Assembly: GCA_965250285.1 (NCBI GenBank)
Contig: OZ252299.1
Coordinates: forward strand, 928,001-992,000
DNA: 64,000 nt
Origin: Myxococcota bacterium
GTDB lineage: Bacteria; Myxococcota_A; UBA9160; UBA4427
Direction: 5' to 3'
Position 1 is the stretch's first letter. Each line of letters starts with the position of its first letter. Shown here in pieces: positions 36,844 to 46,163 of the stretch. The notes below the pieces were generated by a model. It ran no database searches. It was not told the origin of the DNA and was given only the letters and a program-made list of their open reading frames with translations. Both the position numbers and the translations under genes were made by a program.

Positions 36844-38025
36844 TCAGGGCGCCGACGCGTACTTCGGGAAGCGAGCCGCGGGTCGAGGCCGGTTACCCGC
36901 CCCGAGCCGCAGAGCGAGTGCGCCGAGGCCCACACCGACGAGCAGGAGGGTGGACGGCTCGGGAATCACCACCGGCTGAATTTCGGTGATGCCCAGACCC
37001 TGCGAGAACGCTTCGCCGTCGACGAGCAGCGGGACGTAACGGAAGCCGTCGGCGCACGTCGGGCACGGCTGCCTGACCACCGGATGCACGCCGATCAGCT
37101 GGGCATCCCCGGTGACGGGATATCCGAAGGCACCTGACGCCCACATCGATCCGTCGGGCGTGGTCGCGAAGTCGATGGCGCCGCCCAGCAGCGCATCGGG
37201 ACCGCCCAGCGGATCGACGACGACCGAGAGCGAGCCGAGATCGGCGAGAGCGCCCGTGGCGATGTCGTACGCGAACGCATTGCCCGCGCGGTCCTGGTCT
37301 GCGCCGACGACGATGCGACCGACGTCATCGATTCCGAGCGCCGAGGCCGCGAGGAAGAGTCGGCCGAACTCGGCCTCGGTCGTCTCGTTCGTGAAGAGGA
37401 TCGACTCGGTCGCCGAGGCGAGGTCGATGCCGACGACGCCCGACATGCCGCCCACGCCACCAAAGGGCGCGTCGCCGGGGAGTGCCTGTCCCAGGACGGC
37501 CAGCGAGCCGTTGGCGAGGATCTCGAGATCTCGACCCCACCACGTGGCGGTCGCCCCGGGCGGACCGCCCGTGGGCGTGAGGTTGCTCTCGACGATCAGC
37601 TCCCGGGCGCCGGTGCCGGGGTCGACGCGGTAGATGCTCGGCCTCAGCACGGCGCCGCTGGTCGGGTTGTCGAGCACGTAGATGTCCCCGCCCGGCCCGA
37701 TGGCCACGCCGTCTGCGCTGTCGAACCCGGAGGCGACCGTCGTGACGAGACCACTGGCCGGATCGATCGCCGACAGCGTGTCACCGCCCACCGCGTAGAC
37801 CGTCGAGCCTCCCACCGTCACGGCGATGTCGCCGGCGGGTACGGCGGTCGCGATCAGCTCCTGAGCGCCGGTCTGCGTATCGATGCGGATCAGGTTCGAT
37901 CCCTGGAGCGCGACGAGATCGTTGTGGAGCAGCGTCGTGGCGTGGGCGCCCGGGCTCGCGAGCACGAACGCGCAGACGCCGGTCATCGCGGTCGCGAGCC
38001 ACTTTGCGAATGCGCCGCAGCCCAT
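36844..38025 (-). CDS. PEP-CTERM beta-propeller protein
   Basis: Signal ending AHA-TT, RIDTQTG/RVDPGTG blades, CPTC, IPEPSTLLLVGVGLGALALR; start uncertain (37986-38085). Confidence 0.8.
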   Translation of the reverse strand: MGCGAFAKWLATAMTGVCAFVLASPGAHATTLLHNDLVALQGSNLIRIDTQTGAQELIATAVPAGDIAVTVGGSTVYAVGGDTLSAIDPASGLVTTVASGFDSADGVAIGPGGDIYVLDNPTSGAVLRPSIYRVDPGTGARELIVESNLTPTGGPPGATATWWGRDLEILANGSLAVLGQALPGDAPFGGVGGMSGVVGIDLASATESILFTNETTEAEFGRLFLAASALGIDDVGRIVVGADQDRAGNAFAYDIATGALADLGSLSVVVDPLGGPDALLGGAIDFATTPDGSMWASGAFGYPVTGDAQLIGVHPVVRQPCPTCADGFRYVPLLVDGEAFSQGLGITEIQPVVIPEPSTLLLVGVGLGALALRLGAGNRPRPAARFPKYASAP

Positions 38026-38496
38026 CGATTCGGTGTGCGATCGAACGGCCAGCGATCGACTCTGGTCGGTGTTTGAGCGCATCGACTCGACTCCAGCAGC
38101 ACGGAGGAGTCGGCCGAAGCCGCTCCCCTTCCCAGCCGCCATTGTGGCATGCCCATGCGGTGCGAGTCCATCGCGGAACAGGCCTCGATCTCGCGGCGGC
38201 ACGAATCTCGCCATCTGGATGTGCCGAATCGGTGAGCTCGCGTGACGGGCGATCGGCCCCGGCTCGCCGGTTTTCGATCAGTTCGAAGCGATGCCCCCCG
38301 AGGTGTCGCCGGTGCGGCTCTGCCCGGTCGATCGCGCCAGATCTGCGCATCGGCTGCGTTCAGCGCCTGCGCAGAGAGCGCGCGGCGAGACCGGGGTGGC
38401 GTCGACGTCTTCCGAGTGACGGTCGGCACGCGCCTTGGCGTCCGATCGACGATATGGTTCGCGCCGTTTCTCGTCGTTCTCGATAGGGGGGTGGAG

Positions 38497-38841
38497 ATGA
38501 TCTCGAAGAACGCCGCGGCTCGGGCCGCCACGTGGGCCGCGGTCGCGGCGCTGACCTTTGGCTGCACGTTCGTCGACCTGACGCCGAAGGCCGAGCAGGT
38601 GCGGTCGTCGACCGCCGAGGCCGTTGCTTCGTGTGAGCGCCTCGGCAAGACCAAGACGCGCACCGCCGCGAAGGCATGGATCTTTCCGCGCAAGCAGGCG
38701 CGCGTCGCCGAAGAGCTGACGCGGCTCGCCCGCGCCGACGCCGCCGACATGGGCGGCACCGACGTCGCACCGCTCGACGAGATGGCCGACGGACGCCAGG
38801 AGTTCGGCATCTATCGATGCCCAGGGACCGGCACCGAGTAG
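38497..38841 (+). CDS. DUF4156-like small lipoprotein
   Basis: Lipobox TFGC, CERLG, ARADAADMGG, YRCP. Confidence 0.75.
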   Translation: MISKNAAARAATWAAVAALTFGCTFVDLTPKAEQVRSSTAEAVASCERLGKTKTRTAAKAWIFPRKQARVAEELTRLARADAADMGGTDVAPLDEMADGRQEFGIYRCPGTGTE

Positions 38842-39150
38842 CGGCCACACGCGTCCCCTCCCAATCGAGCTTCGCCGCACCGCTCCACCGCTGGGCACGC
38901 ACCCGATCGGCCCGGCCGCCCCGCCTGCGGGCCTCGGTACCGCCGTGGCCGGCTCGCGCCGGGCCGCGCGCCGAGTCGCACGGTGCCGCCGCTGGGGTAG
39001 CATCGCTGTTCCGCGGCGAGGGCTCGCCGCGGTGTGCGATCTCACACGCTGCGCAGTGTGCTGGCTGTCGGCCGGCGATGAAAGCGGCTACGAGAGGCGC
39101 ACCGAACGGGGACGCGAGAGAACGCGAGAGAACCCGAGGAGGGAACCCAC

Positions 39151-39561
39151 ATGGATCTCGAAGGCGGCTGCTACTGCGGCGACGTGCGCTACTCGGTCTC
39201 GGGCGACGCGGTCTTCAAGGGTCAGTGCCACTGTCGCGAGTGCCAGTACATCTCGGGCGGCGCGCCCAACATGGTGATGGCCTTTCCCGAGGCGGGCTTC
39301 GCCTACACCCAGGGCAGCGTGAAGGGCTTCGCCCGAGCCGACCTCGACAGCCCGGTGACGCGCGAGTTCTGTCCGAACTGTGGGACGCATCTCGTCAGCA
39401 AGCCGCCTTCGATGCCGGGCATGCTGATCATCAAGGTCGGCACGCTCGACGATCCGAGTCAGTTCAGCGGCCCCGACATGGCGATCTTCACGTGTGACAG
39501 CCAGTCGTTCCACGTCGTGCCCGAGGGCGTGGCCAGCTTCGAGCGCACGCCCGGCGGCTGA
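39151..39561 (+). CDS. GFA (CENP-V) family protein
   Basis: GGCYCG, CHCRECQ, FCPNCGT. Confidence 0.93.
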   Translation: MDLEGGCYCGDVRYSVSGDAVFKGQCHCRECQYISGGAPNMVMAFPEAGFAYTQGSVKGFARADLDSPVTREFCPNCGTHLVSKPPSMPGMLIIKVGTLDDPSQFSGPDMAIFTCDSQSFHVVPEGVASFERTPGG

Positions 39562-39610
39562 ACGGCGCGCCTGCGCACCGCATCGTCTCGGACGCCGCGA
39601 GGATCCCCCC

Positions 39611-40066
39611 ATGCCCGACGCCGAACTCGTCGCGATCGCGGTGCGTGACGCCACGCGCGCGCCGATGAAGCTGCGCGACGCGGCTTCGATCTCGGTCGAG
39701 CGAGGCGTCGAAGGCGACTTTCGCGGAAAGCCCGGGCTTCGCCAGGTCACGGTCCTGACCGAAGAGGGCTGGGCGGCGGCCTGCGACGCGGTGGGCGAGC
39801 CGCTCGACTGGACGCTGCGACGCTCGAACCTGCTGGTGCGGGGCATCGAGCTGCGCGATCGCGTCGGCCAACGTCTGCGCGTGGGCGATGCGCTGCTCGA
39901 AATCACCGAAGAGACCGATCCGTGCCGGGTCATGGACAAGCAGCACGACGGGCTGCGGGCGGCGCTCGAGCCCGATTGGCGGGGCGGCGTGTGTTGTCGG
40001 GTCATCGAGAGCGGCGACGTCACCGTCGGGTGCGGCGTGCGTCTGGAGCAGGGCGCTCGTGGTTGA
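39611..40066 (+). CDS. MOSC domain protein
   Basis: GVEGD, RQVT, RRSNLLV, PCRVM, GVCCRVIESG. Confidence 0.88.
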   Translation: MPDAELVAIAVRDATRAPMKLRDAASISVERGVEGDFRGKPGLRQVTVLTEEGWAAACDAVGEPLDWTLRRSNLLVRGIELRDRVGQRLRVGDALLEITEETDPCRVMDKQHDGLRAALEPDWRGGVCCRVIESGDVTVGCGVRLEQGARG

Positions 40067-41336
40067 GGCGGCGCCCGTCGCAGCGCCTTCGGATCTCGAC
40101 TGGGATCCCCTGTCGCCGCCGAACTGGCACGACCCGTATCCCGACTATGCGCGGCTCCGCGAAGAGGCCCCGGTGCACTGGGCGCCGCGCACGCAGGTGT
40201 TCTGCATCTCGCGCTATGACGACGTCGCGGCGGTGCTGCGCGACACCGAGACGTTCTCTTCGCGGGGCGCGTTCGAAGTGCTCGTGCAGCGCCAGAAGCT
40301 CGGCCTCGCCGATCTGCCGCACGTCGCCCGCTTTCTCTGGCGTTCTCGCATCAACCCGCTGCGCGTGCGCGATCGCATGGAGCGCGGCGGGCTGATCACG
40401 TCGGATCCCCCGCATCACACGGCGCTGCGCGCGACGGTGAACCGCGTCTTCACACCGCGGCGCATTCGCGATCTCGAGCCCCGGCTGCGTCAGCTCGTCG
40501 ATGCGTGCCTGGCATCCGTCGATGACGACGACCGTTTCGATCTGGTCTCGGCGCTGAACGTGCCGCTGCCGGTGACCGTGATCGCCGAGCTGCTCGGCAT
40601 CGACCCCGAGCGGCGCGACGACTTCAAGCGCTGGAGCGACGCGATCATCGCGGGGTCTTCGGGTTCGCTGGCGGGCGGGTTCGGCGCCTTTCTCGACGCG
40701 ATGGGGGAGCTCTTCGCGTTCTTGCGGCACGAGATCGGCCGCCGACGTCGTGACCCGGGCGACGATATCCTGAGTGTGCTCGTCGACCCCGCTCGGGCCG
40801 ACGCGCTCGACGATGGCGTCATCGCGCAGTTCGTGCTGCTGCTGCTCGTCGCCGGCAACGAGACCACCACGAATCTCATCGGCAACGCGGTGGCGACGTT
40901 CTTCGCTCACCCCGCCGAGCTCGAGCGCGTGCGCGCCGAGCCCGATCTGCTGCCGATCGCGATCGAAGAGGTGCTGCGCTTCGAGGCGCCCGTGCACTTC
41001 GTGTTTCGACGAGCCGCCCGCGACGCCGAGATCGCCGGCACGAAGATCCCGGCCGGTGCGCGCGTCGCGGCGCTGCTGGCGTCGGCCAATCGCGATCCGG
41101 CTCAGTTCGCAGACCCCGATCGCTTCGATGTCGCCCGAAATCCGAAGGGGCACCTCGGCTTCGGTCTCGGTGCGCACTTCTGCCTCGGGGCCTCGCTCGC
41201 GCGTCTCGAAGCGAAGGTGGCCCTCGAGGCGTTGGTGCCTCGCCTCGAAGGGCGTCGACTCGCCGAGGAACGCCTCGAATGGGTCGACTCGCATCTGGTC
41301 CGCGGCCCCGCCCGCATGCATCTCGTCGCCGCGTGA
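40059..41336 (+). CDS. Cytochrome P450
   Basis: DPPHH, AGNETT, EEVLR, FGLGAHFCLG heme motif; GTG 40059 overlaps the MOSC stop. Confidence 0.95.
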   Translation: MVEAAPVAAPSDLDWDPLSPPNWHDPYPDYARLREEAPVHWAPRTQVFCISRYDDVAAVLRDTETFSSRGAFEVLVQRQKLGLADLPHVARFLWRSRINPLRVRDRMERGGLITSDPPHHTALRATVNRVFTPRRIRDLEPRLRQLVDACLASVDDDDRFDLVSALNVPLPVTVIAELLGIDPERRDDFKRWSDAIIAGSSGSLAGGFGAFLDAMGELFAFLRHEIGRRRRDPGDDILSVLVDPARADALDDGVIAQFVLLLLVAGNETTTNLIGNAVATFFAHPAELERVRAEPDLLPIAIEEVLRFEAPVHFVFRRAARDAEIAGTKIPAGARVAALLASANRDPAQFADPDRFDVARNPKGHLGFGLGAHFCLGASLARLEAKVALEALVPRLEGRRLAEERLEWVDSHLVRGPARMHLVAA

Positions 41337-41402
41337 CGCGGTGACGCGCACGCTCGAACCCGAGCGAACTCAAACCCCAACAATGAAACGAAGGAATCCT
41401 CG

Positions 41403-41696
41403 ATGCCCGCCTATCTCATCGTGAACTACAAGGTCGAAGACGGCGATCTCTACGGCAAGTACTCGGCCGCGGCCGGACCGGCGCTCGCGATCGGCGAGAA
41501 GTGCAAGCTGCTCGTGTTCGATCCGGCCAGTGAATCGGTCGAGGGCGAGCCGGGGCACCAGACCGTGGTGCTCGAGTATCCCAGCAAGGAAGAGGCGCAG
41601 GCCGCGTACGATTCGAAGGACTATCAGGACGTCGTCGGTATGCGCCACGACGCGACGAGCAACCACTTCGCCGTGCTCGTGAACGGGATGGGCTGA
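41403..41696 (+). CDS. DUF1330 family protein
   Basis: MPAYLIV, VEGE, VVLEYPSKEEAQAAYDSKDYQ. Confidence 0.88.
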   Translation: MPAYLIVNYKVEDGDLYGKYSAAAGPALAIGEKCKLLVFDPASESVEGEPGHQTVVLEYPSKEEAQAAYDSKDYQDVVGMRHDATSNHFAVLVNGMG

Positions 41697-41788
41697 GGCC
41701 GTCGTCCCGTCCAGCTCGGCCGATTGCGGCCCGGCTGGACGCCGCTGCACGCGATCCGCCCATGGGTTGCCGGCCCCCTCCGCCCGCA

Positions 41789-41816
41789 TCAAGACGGCGG
41801 GCGAGGGGGCCGATCT
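41789..41816 (+). promoter_or_regulatory. sigma28-like promoter TCAAG-N15-GCCGATCT
   Basis: 44 nt upstream of ATG 41861. Confidence 0.55.
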
Positions 41817-41860
41817 CTCTCGGTGGGGTGAGCCCTCGGGCTCGTCTCGGCGGGGGAAGG

Positions 41861-42856
41861 ATGTCGGCGCACCCGAGCGACAGACCGAGCTGCAGACGCA
41901 GGAGCCTGTGCGCGATCACGGTCGCGTGGCTTGCGCTCGTCTGCATCGCGCCCGTCGCGCCCGTCGCTTGGGCACAGCCGGCCAAGATCGCCCCCGCCGC
42001 GCTCATGCCCGAGCACCGCAGCGGCTTCAGACTCACGCCGATCCCGAGCATCTATGGCACCGAAGAGCTCGAGCAGCGCTGGCATGAAGGACGCGAGCTC
42101 GAGCTCGCCGAAGACTTCCTCGCGGCGGCCCAGCTGCACGAAACGCTCGCCGAAGACCGACCCGAGAGCGCGTACGCCTATTGGAAGGTGTCGCGCAATC
42201 TCTGGCGGTACGCCGAGCAGCTGCCCGTCGACGCGAAGGCCGAGCGCATGGCGCTCTTCGAACGAGCCGATGCCTGGGCGTCGCGCGGGCTGGCCGTCGA
42301 CCCCGACTGTGCACCGTGCATGCTGTGGAAGTTCGGCGCGATGGGGCGCATCGCGACCACGCGCGGCGTGATGGCGAGCCTCGGGATGGGGCGTGAGATG
42401 CGCGCGCTGCTCGAGCGCGGCATCGCGCTGCAGCCGACGTTTGCCGACACGCCCGAGAACTCGACGCTCGGCAACCTCTACTACGCGAGCGCCGTCTTTC
42501 ATCGCGTCGTGCCCGAGTGGCGGTGGCTCGAGTGGTTCGTCGGCGTGCGCGGCGATCTCGACCACGCGCTCGGGATGATCCGCGGCGCGGTCGACCTGGC
42601 GCCAAACCGCATCGACTATCTCGTCGAGTACGGCGCCGTGCTGCACTGCTATGGTGATCGTCGAGGCGACGCCGGGGCGCGCGAAGAGGCGCACCGGGTC
42701 TGGCGGCGTGCGCTGACCCTCGAAGCGGGCAGCGGCACCGACGTCGTCGATCAGGGCCACGCCCGTACGCTCGGGGCTGATCCGACGAAGTCTTGCGGCT
42801 ACTCGCGAGATGGCTGGATCGACACCTCGAAGAAGCAGATGGCGAAGCGGGGCTGA
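41861..42856 (+). CDS. Secreted TPR-like helical protein
   Basis: Signal peptide ending AWA; helical repeats (GLAVDPDC, GIALQP, AVDLAPN). Confidence 0.7.
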   Translation: MSAHPSDRPSCRRRSLCAITVAWLALVCIAPVAPVAWAQPAKIAPAALMPEHRSGFRLTPIPSIYGTEELEQRWHEGRELELAEDFLAAAQLHETLAEDRPESAYAYWKVSRNLWRYAEQLPVDAKAERMALFERADAWASRGLAVDPDCAPCMLWKFGAMGRIATTRGVMASLGMGREMRALLERGIALQPTFADTPENSTLGNLYYASAVFHRVVPEWRWLEWFVGVRGDLDHALGMIRGAVDLAPNRIDYLVEYGAVLHCYGDRRGDAGAREEAHRVWRRALTLEAGSGTDVVDQGHARTLGADPTKSCGYSRDGWIDTSKKQMAKRG

Positions 42857-43003
42857 TCCCCCTCGTTCGGCGATGAAAGTGGCCGGACGACTCCCAAACA
42901 GCGGCCGACACTCGATTTCTTGCTAGCGTGGACCCGAGTCCAACCGCGTTCTCCGACCCTCGCCCGGGTCTGGACAAGACGCACCTCTCGCACCGGAGGT
43001 GAC

Positions 43004-44143
43004 ATGGGACCGCTGCAAGGCACACGGATCATCGAGATCTCGGGCATCGGCCCCGGTCCGTTCTGCGGCATGCTGCTTGCCGATATGGGCGCCGAGGTCA
43101 TTCGCGTGGAGAGGCCCGGCGGCGGGTTTCTCGGCGGCAACGGCGCGCCCCAGGATCTGCTCAGCCGAAACAAGCGCTGCGTCTGCGTCAACCTGAAGGC
43201 GTCGGATGGCGTCGCCACCGTGCTCGATCTCGTGAAGTCGGCCGACGCGATCTTCGAGGGCAACCGTCCGGGCGTCGCCGAACGGCTGGGCATCGGGCCC
43301 GAAGACGTCTGGGCCGCCAACCCGCGACTCGTGTACGGACGCATGACCGGCTGGGGGCAGGAAGGTCCGATGGCTCAGGCCGCGGGCCACGACATCAACT
43401 ACATCTCGCTCACCGGGGCGCTGCACGCGATGGGGCGTGCCGGTGAGAAGCCCGCGATCCCCCTGAACCTGGTGGGCGACTTCGGCGGCGGCGGGCTCGT
43501 GCTCGCGTTCGGCATGGTCTGCGCACTGCTCGAGGCGAAGGCGTCGGGCCAGGGCCAGGTCGTCGATGCGGCGATGATCGATGGCGCCTCGGTGTTGCTG
43601 TCGAGCCTGTTCGGCGCGCAGCAGACCGGCTGGTGGTCGGACGAACGCGGCACGAACATGCTCGACGGTGGCTCGCACTTTTACGAGGTCTACGAAACGG
43701 CCGACGGCAAGTACGTTTCGGTCGGTGCGATCGAACCGCAGTTCTATGCCGCGTTGATCGAGGGGCTCGGCCTCGCCGGTGAAGAGCTCCCGGGCCAGAT
43801 GGACATGCAGACCTGGCCGGCCATGAAGGATCGCTTTGCTGCGATCTTCGCGACGCGAACCCGCGACGAATGGTGTGCTCGCTTCGAGGGCAAGGATGCG
43901 TGTGTCGCGCCGGTGCTGTCGATGGGCGAGGCGCCCGGTCACCCGCACAACGTGGCACGGGGCACCTTCGTCGATGCGTTCGACGCGATCCATCCGCACC
44001 CGGCGCCGCGCTTCAGTCGCACGCCGAGCGAGGTGTCGACGGCGCCCTCGAAGCCGGGCGAGCACACCGACGCGATCCTCGCCGAGATCGGCTACGACCA
44101 AGCCAAGATCGCTGCGCTCCGCGACGCCGGCGTCGTGGCCTAG
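43004..44143 (+). CDS. CaiB/BaiF CoA-transferase (alpha-methylacyl-CoA racemase-like)
   Basis: GIGPGPFCGMLLADMGA, RPGVAERLG, AGHDINY, NLVGDFGGG, PAPRFSRT. Confidence 0.93.
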   Translation: MGPLQGTRIIEISGIGPGPFCGMLLADMGAEVIRVERPGGGFLGGNGAPQDLLSRNKRCVCVNLKASDGVATVLDLVKSADAIFEGNRPGVAERLGIGPEDVWAANPRLVYGRMTGWGQEGPMAQAAGHDINYISLTGALHAMGRAGEKPAIPLNLVGDFGGGGLVLAFGMVCALLEAKASGQGQVVDAAMIDGASVLLSSLFGAQQTGWWSDERGTNMLDGGSHFYEVYETADGKYVSVGAIEPQFYAALIEGLGLAGEELPGQMDMQTWPAMKDRFAAIFATRTRDEWCARFEGKDACVAPVLSMGEAPGHPHNVARGTFVDAFDAIHPHPAPRFSRTPSEVSTAPSKPGEHTDAILAEIGYDQAKIAALRDAGVVA

Positions 44144-44212
44144 CCTCGTCGCTTCCGCCGGCGGCTCTGCCGCGGCGCGCCCCGTTCGACCGTGTGGGGC
44201 GTAGCCACGAGA

Positions 44213-44815
44213 TCAGCGCGTGGCAGCAGCTTCGACGGCGGCGGGGATCTCACTCGTAATGTGATCGGGGAGCCGCGGTTCGCGGTCGTCCCCTTCGCCG
44301 GCCGCGGCGGCCTGCTTCTGCTCTTGCGCCGAGGCGGCTTCGAGAAATCGGATCAGGACGGCCCGCTGATCGTCGGTGAGGAGCGCGCGCACGCTCATCA
44401 GCGTCGCGATCTGGTGCTTGCGCAGATCGATCTCGAGCTGTCCCACGCGATCGACCCCCTGCATCACCTCGTCGAAGTCGGGCTCGGGTGCGTCGAGACT
44501 CTGCTTGAGATCGGCGCGGGCGTCGGCGAGATCGCGCTTGAGCTGCTGAGCCCGAACGCCGCTCTGCGCCACGATCTCGTCGATGCGGGCCTGCTGCTCG
44601 TCGGAGAGATCGAAGGGGTTGTCGGCCGCCGCGAGCACCGAGCCGCTGGTGTCCGCCGCCGGGGCAGGCGTCGCGGGGCCGCCCTCGGCGGCGTCGGGCG
44701 TCGGTGTCGCGGCGGTCGAGACCGAGCCGAAGACCGAACAGAAGGCGAGCGCCACGACTGCAGCCGTGACCGCGAGTGAGCGCGAACGCGCGCGACGCTT
44801 CGGGTCAGGGCGCAT
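44213..44815 (-). CDS. Periplasmic Spy/CpxP/heavy-metal-sensor family helical protein
   Basis: Signal peptide; LSDEQ and LTDDQR (LTxxQ) motifs flanking a coiled coil. Confidence 0.8.
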   Translation of the reverse strand: MRPDPKRRARSRSLAVTAAVVALAFCSVFGSVSTAATPTPDAAEGGPATPAPAADTSGSVLAAADNPFDLSDEQQARIDEIVAQSGVRAQQLKRDLADARADLKQSLDAPEPDFDEVMQGVDRVGQLEIDLRKHQIATLMSVRALLTDDQRAVLIRFLEAASAQEQKQAAAAGEGDDREPRLPDHITSEIPAAVEAAATR

Positions 44816-45311
44816 TGGCCGTGGCCCCTCGGCCGCCTTCGAGGAAGAGCCCGGCGATGGCGCGGTAGTCGTCGGGCAGATAGTCGTCGGCGCTGGCCGC
44901 GTCGGGGCTCGCCGCGGCTGGATCGGCGGCCGCGAGGATCTCGCGCTCCCAATCGGCGAATGATGTCGCCGCCCGTGTCGTCGCGAGCGTCGTCGGGACG
45001 GGCGGAGGCACGATCTCGGGTGCCGGTTCGGCGCTCGGCCCGAGCACCAGCCACGCGGCGGCGGCCGCCACCGCGGCGGCGGCGATGGGCTGCCAGAGTC
45101 GAAGGCCGAAGAAGGCTCGGTGGGCCTCGGCCTCGACCCGCGCTTCGAGGCGCGCATCGAAGGCGCGTCGCTCGGTCGGTGACATGGGCGGCGGCGCGTA
45201 GGCGTCGCGCACCTGCTCCAGCCAGGCGTCATCGCGCGGATCGACCTCGGCTGAGTCGTTCATCGGGTCGCCCTCGAGGGCTCGGCGCCGATCGTCGTTC
45301 ACATCACTCAT
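44805..45311 (-). CDS. Putative membrane anti-sigma factor
   Basis: Between the sigma and periplasmic-sensor genes; a single Ala-rich TM helix; start may be ATG 45263. Confidence 0.65.
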   Translation of the reverse strand: MSDVNDDRRRALEGDPMNDSAEVDPRDDAWLEQVRDAYAPPPMSPTERRAFDARLEARVEAEAHRAFFGLRLWQPIAAAAVAAAAAWLVLGPSAEPAPEIVPPPVPTTLATTRAATSFADWEREILAAADPAAASPDAASADDYLPDDYRAIAGLFLEGGRGATANAP

Positions 45312-45338
45312 GGCATCGCTTCCTCGCCTGCTTGCGCT

Positions 45339-45929
45339 TCATCGCTCGGCCTCGGGTCGGAGATCGCCGAGTTCGGCTCGCAGCTTGAGCAGTGCCCGGT
45401 GCAGATGGCTCTTCACGGTGCCGACGGGCGAGCCCATCAGCTCGGCGGCCTCGCGCACGGTCCAGCCTTCGAGGTGGACGAGCACGAACGCCTCGCGTTG
45501 GCGCGCGGTCAGCTGCTCGAGCGCGGCCTCGATGCGGCGGCGCAGGCCGGCATCGCCGACCGGGTCGGGCCGCGGATCGGCGACGTCGGCCTCGTAGGGC
45601 GTGTTCCAGAACGTCCGAAGGCCGCGCCAGCGCCGATGGTTGGCCGCGCGGCGCACGAGGATCCGATAGAACCAGGTCTCGAGGCTCGCGTCCCCGCGAA
45701 AGCGGGGGAGGGCCTTGTAGGCGTTCAGGAACGCGTCCTGCACGACGTCTTCGGCCGCGCCGCTGTCCCCGCCGACCAGGCGCCACGCCATGCGCACCGC
45801 GCGGGCGCGGTGCCGCGACACGAACGCCTGGAAGCGGATCGCGAGGTCCTGCGCCTCGACCTCGTCGTCGACCAATCCCACGGGCGATCTCGCTTCGGCT
45901 CTGGCTGCATCCATCCTCGCATCGGACAC
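45339..45929 (-). CDS. ECF sigma-70 factor
   Basis: AEDVVQDAF, LETWFYRI, LTARQREAF, GTVKSHLHRA. Confidence 0.93.
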   Translation of the reverse strand: MSDARMDAARAEARSPVGLVDDEVEAQDLAIRFQAFVSRHRARAVRMAWRLVGGDSGAAEDVVQDAFLNAYKALPRFRGDASLETWFYRILVRRAANHRRWRGLRTFWNTPYEADVADPRPDPVGDAGLRRRIEAALEQLTARQREAFVLVHLEGWTVREAAELMGSPVGTVKSHLHRALLKLRAELGDLRPEAER

Positions 45930-46163
45930 ACCTCGCCCCGATCGGGGTTACGGCCCGCCCAGCGGACAGCCATCTGGATTGTACCCCGTGGGGGCGAGTG
46001 ATGCTCGGCTCGATCGGGTCGCCGGGACGGGCCTTTCGAGATCCCGCCAATGCGCCGATTCCAAACGCGAAATCGCGCGCCCCGGCGGTCTGCGTGCAGT
46101 CAGGCGCGCCTCGCCGTGGGTTTCTCGCCCGACTCGGGGGCGCGTGCTACCGAATGGCCCGTC

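Noticed and set aside
38197..38211. sigma54-like CGGCACG-N4-TCGC
   Set aside because: Two mismatches to consensus, about 285 nt from the next plus-strand start, and pointing away from the PEP-CTERM genes.
32000..38400. Mobile genomic island around the PEP-CTERM cluster
   Set aside because: No integrase, transposase, tRNA or flanking direct repeats, and a host-like AKR gene sits in the middle.
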